IMG/VR virus record: IMGVR_UViG_3300032203_000003
Location: 1-38,460 of that record
Source: a virus
Taxonomy: Duplodnaviria > Caudoviricetes
Reading direction: 5' to 3' (one strand)
Length of the DNA: 38,460 nucleotides
A program made the translations under genes and the position numbers. The notes beneath the pieces are model-generated. The model made no database searches. It saw only the letters and a program-made list of their open reading frames with translations, and had not been told where the DNA came from. Positions 26,905 through 35,483 of the stretch are shown piece after piece; position 1 is the stretch's first letter, and every line of letters begins with the position of its first letter.

Positions 26905-27785
26905 GCTGCGACACCGCCCTTGTTGCTGCGGTAGCTCGGCCAATCGAACACCAGACGATTACTGCCGCCGTCAGTGACGCGATCGACAATGCGGTCACCG
27001 ACAAACGCCTTCAACTGGTCAAACGTCAGATTGCTGATCAGGATGGTTGGCAGAATATTTTCATACCGGGCGTTGACGATCTCCTGCAGGATGGCCAGCT
27101 CCGCCGGTGTACCGAACTGCACACCAACCTCGTCAATAATGAGCAGATCCAGCGTTGCGTAGTGGTTCAAAACCTCGGTTTCCGTGCGCTCTGCCCCATT
27201 CCGCCAGGTGCTTTTCACTTCGCGGGTCAGGCGCATTACGTCCGTAATTTCTACGTCAGCCAGGTGGTCCCGGATGATCCGCTTTGTCATCGATACCGCC
27301 AGGTGGTTTTTGCCGGTACCGCAACTGCCGGTCATCACAAGCCCTGTCCCGGCCTTGAGGATTGCTTCCCAGTTCTGGGCGTAACGCTCGCAGTTAGCCA
27401 GATTCTTCGCCGCTGTCGCGTTAACCGGGTGGTAGTTGGCAAACTCGCAATACTGGAAGCGTGGCGCGATACCGGCGTCATCAAGCAGGCTCTCAACGCT
27501 GAGCTGCCGCAATGCCAATTCAATATCGCTCTGTTCCGCACGCAGGCACTCCGGGCACTGGGAGGTTTTACGCCCCGGCCTTCCCAGGAACTCTGGCCCG
27601 ATCAGCGTGATTTGCTGGTATTGGCCGTGAGTTTCACACGTCGCCGCCTGAGTCTGCTTTTCCCAGTTCGCGTAGTGTGGCGGGATCCGCCCGTCCAGAG
27701 CAAAATCCAACTCGTCCGCCAGCTCTTGGCTGCGACGCTTCAGTTCCAGCCGATTTTTGTTTTGTTCAAAATTAAACATGGTCAC
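26901..27785 (-). CDS. DnaC/IstB-like AAA+ helicase loader
   Basis: GSCGTGKNHLA, LLIIDEVG, PTILISN, DRIVDR. Confidence 0.92.
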   Translation of the reverse strand: MTMFNFEQNKNRLELKRRSQELADELDFALDGRIPPHYANWEKQTQAATCETHGQYQQITLIGPEFLGRPGRKTSQCPECLRAEQSDIELALRQLSVESLLDDAGIAPRFQYCEFANYHPVNATAAKNLANCERYAQNWEAILKAGTGLVMTGSCGTGKNHLAVSMTKRIIRDHLADVEITDVMRLTREVKSTWRNGAERTETEVLNHYATLDLLIIDEVGVQFGTPAELAILQEIVNARYENILPTILISNLTFDQLKAFVGDRIVDRVTDGGSNRLVFDWPSYRSNKGGVAA

Positions 27786-27791
27786 CTCGTA

Positions 27792-28664
27792 TCACCAATT
27801 ACACCCAGATTCGCCGTAGTTCAGCCCCTCAAACCCCGATACCGGCGGCTGGGTATGCCGTGCACCGCCAGACACGGCTGGCGCTTGCCAGGTTTCTTCG
27901 AAGTGACGGTCAGGGCCGAAGAACGTGGCGGCCTGCTTGACGTACTCAGACCCCAGTTTGCCAGTGGCCACCACGAATGCCGCATAGCGCTTCACGCCTG
28001 CCAGCAGGGTTTCAGGGGTAACCCCTTCGTGCAGACGGGCATTCCAGGCTTTGTAGGCTGAGGGCTTGGGATTGCCACCAGCGCGTTTAGGGTAGGCCAG
28101 CCAGGCAGTTTCAAACTCAGGTGAATATTCCCGCTTGGCAGAGCGTGTCGGTGTGCTGGCGTCAGCCCGTGCACCAAGGGTTTTATTCTCTGTAGTAGTC
28201 TCTGTGTAATCTACTGTATGAATGGATGCGGGATTTCCACATGCCGGCTTGGGACAAACCCCCATACCTGCTTGCTGGTTTTCCGCATCACTGGTTGCGT
28301 AATTTCCGCATCCTTGGTTGTGGAAATCCCCCTCACTTGGTTGCACTTGAATTTCAGGCCAAAGGAGAGCCTGTAAAGCTGCTTCATTCACCCGGAAATA
28401 CAGCTTGGCCGGGATGCCTTTTTTCACTTCTTCAAGCACCCCAGCGATCAATAATTTCTTGCGGGCACCTTCTTGCTCATAGCGAGTTAGCCCTGTTTCC
28501 TCTTCCAGCTCTGCCTGCGTTTTATAGAACCAGTTGCCGTCAGTGCGGTTATGCCAATACACCATCTGCGACAGCAGAAGAGCACCAGTAACACCCACCC
28601 CCAAACGGACAAAGGAACGTTGAAAAGCAACAGGCCGATCCATTAACTGCAACAGCTGGCTCAT
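27792..28664 (-). CDS. Replication initiator (O-like)
   Basis: N-terminal HTH-like region; internal iterons; FETAWLAYPKR and YVKQAATFFGP C-terminal domain. Confidence 0.88.
   Translation of the reverse strand: MSQLLQLMDRPVAFQRSFVRLGVGVTGALLLSQMVYWHNRTDGNWFYKTQAELEEETGLTRYEQEGARKKLLIAGVLEEVKKGIPAKLYFRVNEAALQALLWPEIQVQPSEGDFHNQGCGNYATSDAENQQAGMGVCPKPACGNPASIHTVDYTETTTENKTLGARADASTPTRSAKREYSPEFETAWLAYPKRAGGNPKPSAYKAWNARLHEGVTPETLLAGVKRYAAFVVATGKLGSEYVKQAATFFGPDRHFEETWQAPAVSGGARHTQPPVSGFEGLNYGESGCNW
28224..28338. repeat. Replication origin: five tandem 23-bp degenerate iterons
   Basis: GGATGCGGGATTTCCACATGCCG / GCTTGGGACAAACCCCCATACCT / GCTTGCTGGTTTTCCGCATCACT / GGTTGCGTAATTTCCGCATCCTT / GGTTGTGGAAATCCCCCTCACTT inside the initiator gene. 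Confidence 0.85.
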
Positions 28665-28842
28665 ACATCAACCCTCGTAAAATGTTTCTCTACCTGCCAC
28701 AGAGGCAGCATGCATTCATGCTCATACCCAGGGCGCATAAACTAACTTCCTGCTTTAACCGGTCATAGCCAATGACATGCACCACTACGCCGCGTTTATC
28801 GCGATAGTGGCGGTCGAGTTGAACGATTGGATCACGGCTCAT
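28661..28842 (-). pseudogene. DUF4222-like gene with a 1-nt deletion near 28742
   Basis: MSRDPIVQLDRHYRDKRGVVVHVIGYDRLKQEV continues in another frame as FMRPGYEHECMLPLWQVEKHFTRVDV*; ATGA overlaps at both ends; span is 182 nt. Confidence 0.75.
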
Positions 28843-29663
28843 GCGGCAACAGTCCAGCCTTTGACGTGAGTAAACTCGCCATCCCAGACCTTCTTCATTG
28901 GCAGTCGCCCCTTGAGGTACTGGCGATAAAGCCAAACCCCGCCCTTGTGCAGTAGGATTGGCTTGAAGGTGTCAATGAAACTGCCATCGTCCTGCTCATA
29001 CTTCCCAGGGCGCTCGGTCAGATAGTTGTCACGGGCATAATGCCCAACACGCCAGCGCGGGCTTTTGGACTCAGGGCGATCATCAAACAGCCAGTTATGG
29101 TCTTCCAAAAACGCATTAATCTGGCGCACATTGACGCCATTAAATTGCTTGCAGAATTCGTATGGTGAAATACCACCAGCAATGAGGTTTTCCAGGTGGT
29201 CGATGTACTGAGCCTGACGATTCACATAACCGATCGCTTTATTTTTAGCTTCGTACTCATCAGCCCAAGCCCGCGCAGCCGAGGCTGGATCGCCGAAATC
29301 TGGAAGGTCATTAGCTGGCGCAAGGCTGTACGAACCAGTAGCACGGATGGCTGGCAGAACTTCGGCGGTAACCCATCGTTTAAAGCGCTTCGCTTGAGCC
29401 TTTCGGCTTTTGATGATCAGCGAGTACAGACCGGATTCGTTGACCAGTAGAGGCTTGCGACCCGAACCGGAATAATCTTCCTGTTCGCGTTTATCTTCAT
29501 CATCAACGGCATTAAGTGCCTTATGGGTGTGGGACAGACCGAGAGCCTCACACACATCGACGGCAAAAAACCACGGAGCCTGCTCGATCAGCACACTACG
29601 CACCGATGCCAGTAGCTCGCCAGCGCTTGATTTAAAATCGAAGGTTCTGATATGGTTATTCAC
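28839..29663 (-). CDS. Bro-N domain antirepressor-like protein
   Basis: PWFFAVDVCEALG, VNESGLYSLI..SRK..AKRFKRWVT.EVLPAIR.TGSY, LPDF.DPA.AARAWA. Confidence 0.88.
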   Translation of the reverse strand: MNNHIRTFDFKSSAGELLASVRSVLIEQAPWFFAVDVCEALGLSHTHKALNAVDDEDKREQEDYSGSGRKPLLVNESGLYSLIIKSRKAQAKRFKRWVTAEVLPAIRATGSYSLAPANDLPDFGDPASAARAWADEYEAKNKAIGYVNRQAQYIDHLENLIAGGISPYEFCKQFNGVNVRQINAFLEDHNWLFDDRPESKSPRWRVGHYARDNYLTERPGKYEQDDGSFIDTFKPILLHKGGVWLYRQYLKGRLPMKKVWDGEFTHVKGWTVAA

Positions 29664-29728
29664 GGTTTATCTCTCCTATAAATCAAAACAGGCCGGGTTT
29701 AGTCCCCACTTTCCCGGCTTTTTCTTTT
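29627..29728 (+). ncRNA. Candidate antisense RNA gene over the antirepressor RBS (promoter + ~65-nt RNA + terminator)
   Basis: -35 TTGATT 29627, TGaTATGGT 29648-29656, hairpin GCCGGG...CCCGGC 29692-29718 followed by TTTTTCTTTT. Confidence 0.45.
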
Positions 29729-29811
29729 CTGCTTTTCACCCGGTGAAAGTTCCCTCCCCACAACTCCGTTAGTAGGTGTTGCGATATCACACCCCCGCGA
29801 ACTCTTGGCGT

Positions 29812-30027
29812 TCATTGGTTTGGCGTAGTATTTGAAATACCATGCAGAAGCCATTTAGGTGAGCACTCGAGCGCATCGGAAATTTCAAGCAGATGCCTTG
29901 GGTGACGCGAACCGCCAGACTCAATGCGTTGAACTGTTTGTTGCTTGATTCCCGCCAGCAAAGCCAATTGCTGCTGCGTTAGTCCAAGCTCGATCCTGCG
30001 CTCCTTAAGGCGGACAGAAATACTCAT
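29812..30027 (-). CDS. cro: Cro-like HTH repressor
   Basis: 71-aa XRE HTH (LTQQQLA..AGIKQQTVQRIESG), divergent from cI. Confidence 0.9.
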   Translation of the reverse strand: MSISVRLKERRIELGLTQQQLALLAGIKQQTVQRIESGGSRHPRHLLEISDALECSPKWLLHGISNTTPNQ

Positions 30028-30040
30028 ACAACCCCCGATT

Positions 30041-30101
30041 AAACAAATTTTGTTGTATTAGAATACTCATTTTGTTGTTTGTCAATTACAACGAGTGTTT
30101 T
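30041..30101. promoter_or_regulatory. Right operator region OR with pR/pRM
   Basis: ATACTCATTTTGTTGTTT (30063-30080) is the exact reverse complement of 30914-30931; related sites flank it; minus-strand TTGACA at 30085-30080. Confidence 0.75.
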
Positions 30102-30130
30102 ATCATTGTTGACACTACATGGAGGGGTTT

Positions 30131-30763
30131 ATGAATTTAGCTGATCGTGTTAGACAAAAACGCTTAGAGCTTGGACTGACGCAGGCGCAACTCGCCGATA
30201 AGATAGGCACAAGCCAGCAAGGGATCGTTTCAGTTGAAACAGGTAGAACTGTACGCCCCAGATACCTACCCGAGTTAGCGAAAGCCTTGGAGTGTGATAT
30301 CGATTGGCTACTTACCGGCGCAAACTCCAGTAACGTAAGCTATGCGGGGCCATATGAACCAGGTAAGCGCTACCCGGTTCTAAGTAAAGTTCAGGCGGGA
30401 TCATGGGCGGAAGCTGTTGAGGCATATAACCTGAAAGACATTGATCTATGGTTGGAATCCAGCGCCCATATTCAAGGAGAGGGGTTCTGGTTAGAAGTTG
30501 ATGGCGATTCCATGACGGCCCCAATGGGTCTGAGTATTCCTGAAGGAACCTACGTTCTTTTTGACACGGGAAGGGAAGCCTTCAATGGTAACTTGGTCAT
30601 CGCTAAACTCTCAGATTCAAACGAAGCAACATTCAAGAGATTAGTGATAGATGGCGGCCAAAAGTACCTGAAAGGGTTAAATCCAGCATGGCCGATGATA
30701 CCTATCAATGGAAATTGTAAAATTATTGGAGTAGCCATCCAAACGATGATGAAACTGCTTTAG
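30131..30763 (+). CDS. cI: CI repressor (HTH + S24 peptidase, RecA-cleavable)
   Basis: HTH; VQAG cleavage site; GDSM catalytic Ser; ATFKRL catalytic Lys. Confidence 0.95.
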   Translation: MNLADRVRQKRLELGLTQAQLADKIGTSQQGIVSVETGRTVRPRYLPELAKALECDIDWLLTGANSSNVSYAGPYEPGKRYPVLSKVQAGSWAEAVEAYNLKDIDLWLESSAHIQGEGFWLEVDGDSMTAPMGLSIPEGTYVLFDTGREAFNGNLVIAKLSDSNEATFKRLVIDGGQKYLKGLNPAWPMIPINGNCKIIGVAIQTMMKLL

Positions 30764-30788
30764 CCCCCTCTTCCCCCCCCTCCATCCT

Positions 30789-30812
30789 AAGCCGCTTATG
30801 CGGTTTTTTTTT
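30789..30812 (+). terminator. Terminator after cI
   Basis: GCCGC-TTAT-GCGGT followed by a long T run. Confidence 0.85.
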
Positions 30813-30858
30813 GTTCCGAAGCAGCGAACACAACAAAAATAAATATTTATAACTTTAA

Positions 30859-30934
30859 AATACAACAAATTGGGTTATTAAACGAAATAAATACTCATTT
30901 CGTGGTTTACACAAAACAACAAAATGAGTATCTT
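30859..30934 (+). promoter_or_regulatory. Left operator region OL and pL
   Basis: Operator copies at 30891-30908 (16/18) and 30914-30931 (18/18, inverted); -35 TTTACA 30906, 17 nt, -10 TATCTT 30929. Confidence 0.78.
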
Positions 30935-30965
30935 TGGCTCAACAGCAATCAACGGAGCCATTGAG

Positions 30966-31301
30966 ATGAAAACCATCCAAGAAGCAACGCAAGTAACAAC
31001 AGCAGAAAATAACAAGCCCTTTTGTATTCATGAAAAACTGAAGTCTGAAAAATCGCACTGGTCGTATGCATTTTCGGTAGCACAAATACATGGCGATGCA
31101 AAAGCACAGTTGAATACATGCCTGCTGGATAAGCCTGAATTCGCTGTATATGAACGAGTGGGTAATTATTTTGTGCTTGTGGATTTCGCCAATGATTATT
31201 GGTCATTGAATGACAATGCAAAAAAAATCATCGATAAAAATCCAAAAGCTAAAGCATCAATTCTTGGCTGGGAAAATCACTACTCGTCATTAAGTGAATA
31301 A
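30966..31301 (+). CDS. Hypothetical protein, first gene of the pL operon
   Basis: ATG 30966 after GGAG; AT-rich; 111 aa. Confidence 0.7.
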   Translation: MKTIQEATQVTTAENNKPFCIHEKLKSEKSHWSYAFSVAQIHGDAKAQLNTCLLDKPEFAVYERVGNYFVLVDFANDYWSLNDNAKKIIDKNPKAKASILGWENHYSSLSE

Positions 31302-31379
31302 CAAGCGGCTCTGACGACGACGCCAATCAAACGCCAGAGCCTAACCCCACCAAACCTGAATAAATTTAACGAGGCTGAT

Positions 31380-31706
31380 ATGAACAATACCATGCCAAAA
31401 ACCAAAGAAGCAATAAAGCCTGCGCTAATTGATGGAGGCAAGCTGCGTAAAGCACAGCGTTTAATAAAATCCGACACCAGTTCTTGGATGTGGAAACTGA
31501 GCATGCATATGGTGAAGCAGGCTTATGGTATCGAGTGCGAAGAACCATTACCGGAAATCGGTGAGCGTAACGGTAATTATATTTGCGCTTATGTGAACGC
31601 AGAAACCGGTGAATATGCTTTTATTCGTGATCGCAGCCTATTGAATCACGCCGTTAAGGTCTGCCAACAATGCAATGAAAAGGGATTCATATATGTTGCC
31701 AGCTAA
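31380..31706 (+). CDS. Hypothetical protein
   Basis: GAGG RBS; operon context. Confidence 0.7.
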   Translation: MNNTMPKTKEAIKPALIDGGKLRKAQRLIKSDTSSWMWKLSMHMVKQAYGIECEEPLPEIGERNGNYICAYVNAETGEYAFIRDRSLLNHAVKVCQQCNEKGFIYVAS

Positions 31707-32055
31707 CGTCGGACACAAAGATAAAACGCGCACAGTAAATGGCTCACTGCTGCATGACAAGGAAGGAATTCTGTACAAGGAGCCTGAAGGTTTCCAGGCC
31801 ACCGAATTTCCTAACGGTAACCCTGAGACGCCTACCCAGCGCTTGGCTCAGACCACCAGTCATGTTAATCGCTATGTTATGCAGTTGGATGAATTGTATA
31901 GAACGCTTCTCGAATCCAGCCTCAGATCTGCCGATGCTCAAGTTGCAGGCCGTTTTAATGGCTTATTGAGTGAGCTTTATCTTCTCACTGGCGTCAATAA
32001 AAGCCGGGTAGAGTCCCTGATGAAAGAAGAAATATCTCAGGGGGGGGCTAAATAA
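31693..32055 (+). CDS. Hypothetical protein
   Basis: Overlaps its neighbours in the operon; start uncertain. Confidence 0.6.
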   Translation: MLPANVGHKDKTRTVNGSLLHDKEGILYKEPEGFQATEFPNGNPETPTQRLAQTTSHVNRYVMQLDELYRTLLESSLRSADAQVAGRFNGLLSELYLLTGVNKSRVESLMKEEISQGGAK

Positions 32056-32273
32056 TGACCACCATCCTGAGGCAAGCAACAAAGGCGCTACTGAATGAAG
32101 TCGTCATTAATGTTGCGCCAGATTTTAGCGGACGCTTGACCGTTTATGTTGAGAACGGTGAGTTAAAGGCATACCGCCCATATTCACCAGAAGAATTCAC
32201 ATGCACTCTCGGAACGTTCATTGAACTAGCAGAGCGGGCAGGTTGGAAGGTTACTCCACCGGAGGAAAAATAA
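32055..32273 (+). CDS. Hypothetical protein
   Basis: TAATG coupling at both ends. Confidence 0.7.
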   Translation: MTTILRQATKALLNEVVINVAPDFSGRLTVYVENGELKAYRPYSPEEFTCTLGTFIELAERAGWKVTPPEEK

Positions 32274-32659
32274 TGCAACAGAATAAAATTGAACACAGCG
32301 GCATTGCTGATGCATTTCAATTAAAGCCATTACCTGTATATGTCGTGACACGTCACGGCCGTAGTAAGAAATGTTTTAGCCGTGAAACTGCAATCAGTCG
32401 ATTGTGTCATTTTATGGTTCAGAAAACCTTTGACCGAGCACGAATTGAAACGCACGAGAACGCCAACTATCAAGAAAACAATGGTTGTATAACCTATCAA
32501 CGTGGTGAACCAACTATTGACTATTGGCAGGCTCATTATCGCTGTGTAAGACGTGTTCGTAAATTATTAGCCCGTAGATGTGAAAAGATAAAGTGGCAAC
32601 AGGAGCATGACGATTGGGCAAGCAAGTACGATGATTTAATGAAGCGACGCCCATTTTAA
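32273..32659 (+). CDS. Hypothetical basic protein
   Basis: GGAGG RBS; TAATG coupling. Confidence 0.7.
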   Translation: MQQNKIEHSGIADAFQLKPLPVYVVTRHGRSKKCFSRETAISRLCHFMVQKTFDRARIETHENANYQENNGCITYQRGEPTIDYWQAHYRCVRRVRKLLARRCEKIKWQQEHDDWASKYDDLMKRRPF

Positions 32660-32743
32660 TTAAGTAAATTGCAGCCAAATTTCAATTACAGCTTTCTGGC
32701 TGGGGGAACACTCGGCCTGAATAAAGACAGAGGGTTATTAGTA

Positions 32744-33115
32744 ATGTCAACGAGCATTAAAACAATTGAATTAAATCGCAGCCGTATCGCCCTCGCCTAT
32801 CTGGATCATTGCCAGCGCTACTACGGCGGAAAATGGGCAGATGTGGTTATCACCAAGCGTAAAGGCGTCCGTGTTGACCTCACCCAGGAAAGCATTGAAG
32901 CGCTGATGAAGGAATTCATCGAAAACATGGTTCGTGCTGAATTTGGTATTGCCGCTGGCCAGCAGCAAATTGCCAATTCCTACGATGCGATGCTGAGCAA
33001 AGACCGCAGCCGGCTCACCCCGCTCGGCAAGTCGGCAATGGAGGAAGCCATGATCGACGCAGTGGCCTACAAGCTCAACAACCCGAGCAGCCAACTGCTG
33101 CAGGTGGTGCCGTGA
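32744..33115 (+). CDS. Hypothetical protein
   Basis: ATG 32744 after GAGGG; GTGA overlap with the next gene. Confidence 0.7.
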   Translation: MSTSIKTIELNRSRIALAYLDHCQRYYGGKWADVVITKRKGVRVDLTQESIEALMKEFIENMVRAEFGIAAGQQQIANSYDAMLSKDRSRLTPLGKSAMEEAMIDAVAYKLNNPSSQLLQVVP

Positions 33116-33312
33116 TGAACGATGAAATCACCTTAGAGCAGGCGGCTGAAAAGGCTGCTCAGGCTGAGACCGTGTTGGCGCTGATTGAGTCCTATCCGCA
33201 CCAACTTGAGGATTCCGAAATATCCGCACTATCAACGCTCTTGCGTTCGCTGATTGGGAACGCCTGTATCTGGCTGAACGAAGAGCAAGCACGACGGAGT
33301 GGGGCCAAATGA
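33112..33312 (+). CDS. Hypothetical helical protein
   Basis: Overlap-coupled at both ends. Confidence 0.65.
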   Translation: MMNDEITLEQAAEKAAQAETVLALIESYPHQLEDSEISALSTLLRSLIGNACIWLNEEQARRSGAK

Positions 33313-33503
33313 AAATGAGCCTTTATTTCCGAATTGTTATCTCGCTGGTGATAGCCGCCAGCGTTTACGGCCTGTTTGTACCGGCGCTCATATCTATGAA
33401 AGACACGATCGCCGTTATCTCCGGGTTGGCATTGGCAGTTCTGACCCCGCCATGCCTGTACGCCATTTATATGGGTCTGTTTTCCATTAAGGATAAGAAA
33501 TGA
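33309..33503 (+). CDS. Small two-TM membrane protein coupled to the SPFH gene
   Basis: Two hydrophobic segments; ATGA overlaps. Confidence 0.75.
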   Translation: MKMSLYFRIVISLVIAASVYGLFVPALISMKDTIAVISGLALAVLTPPCLYAIYMGLFSIKDKK

Positions 33504-34327
33504 AAAAAGTAATTATGGCTTCAATCATCGCTCTGTCAGCTGTCGGCCTTGTCGGCTGTGATCGTGTTGAGCCGGGTAACGTTGGCATCAAAGTGAACAA
33601 GCTGGGCGACGACAAAGGCGTTGGTGAAGTCGTGGGCGTTGGTCGCTATTGGACTGGCTGGAATACTGAGGTTTACATCTTCCCTACCTTCAAGCAAATG
33701 AAGACCTACGAAGATGCATTCAGCTTCCAGATGAGCGACGGCACGACAATCGGCTACCACATCGGCGTCGCCTACAAGGTTGATCCAACCAAAGTGACAA
33801 CCATTTTCCAGACCTACCGCAAAGGTGTGGAAGACATCACTGACACCGACCTGCGTCAGAAAATAGCTGACGCCCTTAACCGTCTGGCAAGCCGCATGAG
33901 TACCGATCGCTTTATCGACGGTGGCAAAGCTGACTTGCTTTCCAATGCACTCAATGAGCTTCGGGACGATATGGGGCCAATCGGAATTCAAGTCGTCAGC
34001 CTGTCATGGGTTGGTAAACCAGAATATCCGCCAACGGTGATCGACAGCATCAACGCTAAGGTGACCGCCAACCAGAAAACGCTGCAGCGTGAGCAGGAAG
34101 TGAAGCAACGTGAGGCTGAGGCCAACATGTTGCGAGCCGAAGCCAATGGCCAGGCAGACGCAAAACTGAAGCTGGCAGAGGCAGAAGCCAAGTCAATCCG
34201 TATCCGTGGTGATGCACTTCGCCAAAACCCGGAAGTCATGCAACTGGAAGCGATCAATAAGTGGAATGGCACGCTCCCACAGTACATGACCAGCGGCGCA
34301 GGTACGCCATTCATTCAGGTGAAGTAA
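33500..34327 (+). CDS. SPFH / band-7 domain lipoprotein
   Basis: Lipobox LVGC; RVEPGNVGIKV; EAEA coiled coil; INKWNGTLP. Confidence 0.9.
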   Translation: MKKVIMASIIALSAVGLVGCDRVEPGNVGIKVNKLGDDKGVGEVVGVGRYWTGWNTEVYIFPTFKQMKTYEDAFSFQMSDGTTIGYHIGVAYKVDPTKVTTIFQTYRKGVEDITDTDLRQKIADALNRLASRMSTDRFIDGGKADLLSNALNELRDDMGPIGIQVVSLSWVGKPEYPPTVIDSINAKVTANQKTLQREQEVKQREAEANMLRAEANGQADAKLKLAEAEAKSIRIRGDALRQNPEVMQLEAINKWNGTLPQYMTSGAGTPFIQVK

Positions 34328-34399
34328 TCCACTAAGCCGACGACGGCGTATGTCGGTTGAGCGGCATACGCCATTAAGTAAGTAATCCGGGGAGACAAA

Positions 34400-34705
34400 G
34401 TGAAAAAGATTCCGTACAGCGAAGCAGCCCAGAGGGCAATTAATCACGAAAAGGCCGAAGAATTCGCACAGGCGGCCACGTTCTGGCGCATCGCAGAATC
34501 ATTAGCGGTGAAGCCGATTAACCAGCAGTGGGCAGCCATACGCGCCGAACTGTGCGAAAAGCGCCATAGCTTAGCTGCGCGCCTGGATCAGTGGAGCGAA
34601 GAAACCAACCGACGCCTGCAGTTAGCTGCAGAGACTAAGGCCAGGAATAAGCTTGCCGAATCGCTAGAGGCACACATGAACAAAACCACCAGCGGGGAGG
34701 TGTAG
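34400..34705 (+). CDS. ANR/PerC-like small regulator
   Basis: Y..AA..A...E....F..AA..W..A......NQQWA..RAELC pattern. Confidence 0.65.
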   Translation: MKKIPYSEAAQRAINHEKAEEFAQAATFWRIAESLAVKPINQQWAAIRAELCEKRHSLAARLDQWSEETNRRLQLAAETKARNKLAESLEAHMNKTTSGEV

Positions 34706-34707
34706 CT

Positions 34708-34989
34708 ATGGGCTGCCATAACACACCTCATGCATTTGGCGTGACGTCGATCAGTAAAGAATCACGTATCACCCACAACAGGCGTCAAGCGCCGAAGCTG
34801 ACACCTGAACAGTTTCTCGCACTGCCTATGGTTAAAACCTACATAGAGCAGCACCCGGATAGCGTACGTCGTGATCCAGAGACTGGTGAAGTTTGGACAA
34901 ACAAGCCGCTGACAATGATTTATCTCGACGTATGTCAAGCAAAAAAACTGAAGAAAGCACTCACTAAAGCGTTGAGTAATATCCAATAA
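34708..34989 (+). CDS. Hypothetical protein
   Basis: GGAGG RBS; operon context. Confidence 0.65.
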   Translation: MGCHNTPHAFGVTSISKESRITHNRRQAPKLTPEQFLALPMVKTYIEQHPDSVRRDPETGEVWTNKPLTMIYLDVCQAKKLKKALTKALSNIQ

Positions 34990-35009
34990 ATTTTGGAGAT
35001 TGGGAAAAA

Positions 35010-35483
35010 ATGAGCATTCAAATAAACCAAATTCAACTGGTGGCGGCCATCACTATAGAGATCGAGCGCCAGCACCCGGGAACCGGCGTAGAGAGTCGCC
35101 ATTTTAACGCCATCATCCGCGCGGCAAATATCGTCAGTGAGGAGCTTTCTAAGCCGGTCGTAAAGGCGTCGGAAAGTATGGGCCTGACCGCATGGCTTGC
35201 CAGCGATGATACCGGCGCGAGCAGCCTCTATATGGCTTCCGTTCTTACTGGTGAATTCATCGCGGAAAATCATTACCCACGCGATCCGGCAGACTTCGGA
35301 CGATGCCTACGCCTGGTCGAAGCGGTACCGGAACTGGAAAGCAAAATTCGTGACATGTCACAGCACGGTAAGAAATGGTCGGTGGTCGCCGCTCATTGGC
35401 ATGAATGGGCTGAGGTGTACCGTGCAGATGATGGCCAGCGCCTGTATCGCCTGATGCGGCTTTGCTATGAGGGAGGTGAATGA
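35010..35483 (+). CDS. Conserved phage hypothetical protein
   Basis: WLASDDTGASS...YPRDPADFGRCLRLVEAVPE motif recalled from other phage early regions. Confidence 0.75.
   Translation: MSIQINQIQLVAAITIEIERQHPGTGVESRHFNAIIRAANIVSEELSKPVVKASESMGLTAWLASDDTGASSLYMASVLTGEFIAENHYPRDPADFGRCLRLVEAVPELESKIRDMSQHGKKWSVVAAHWHEWAEVYRADDGQRLYRLMRLCYEGGE

Noticed and set aside
28224-28338. CRISPR-like or protein-coding repeat array
   Set aside because: Degenerate tandem units with no spacers and no cas genes; position fits replication iterons
28690-28935. 81-aa ORF from the track as an intact gene
   Set aside because: Its 5' part overlaps the antirepressor and its 3' part is out of frame; explained by the frameshifted 28661-28842 gene
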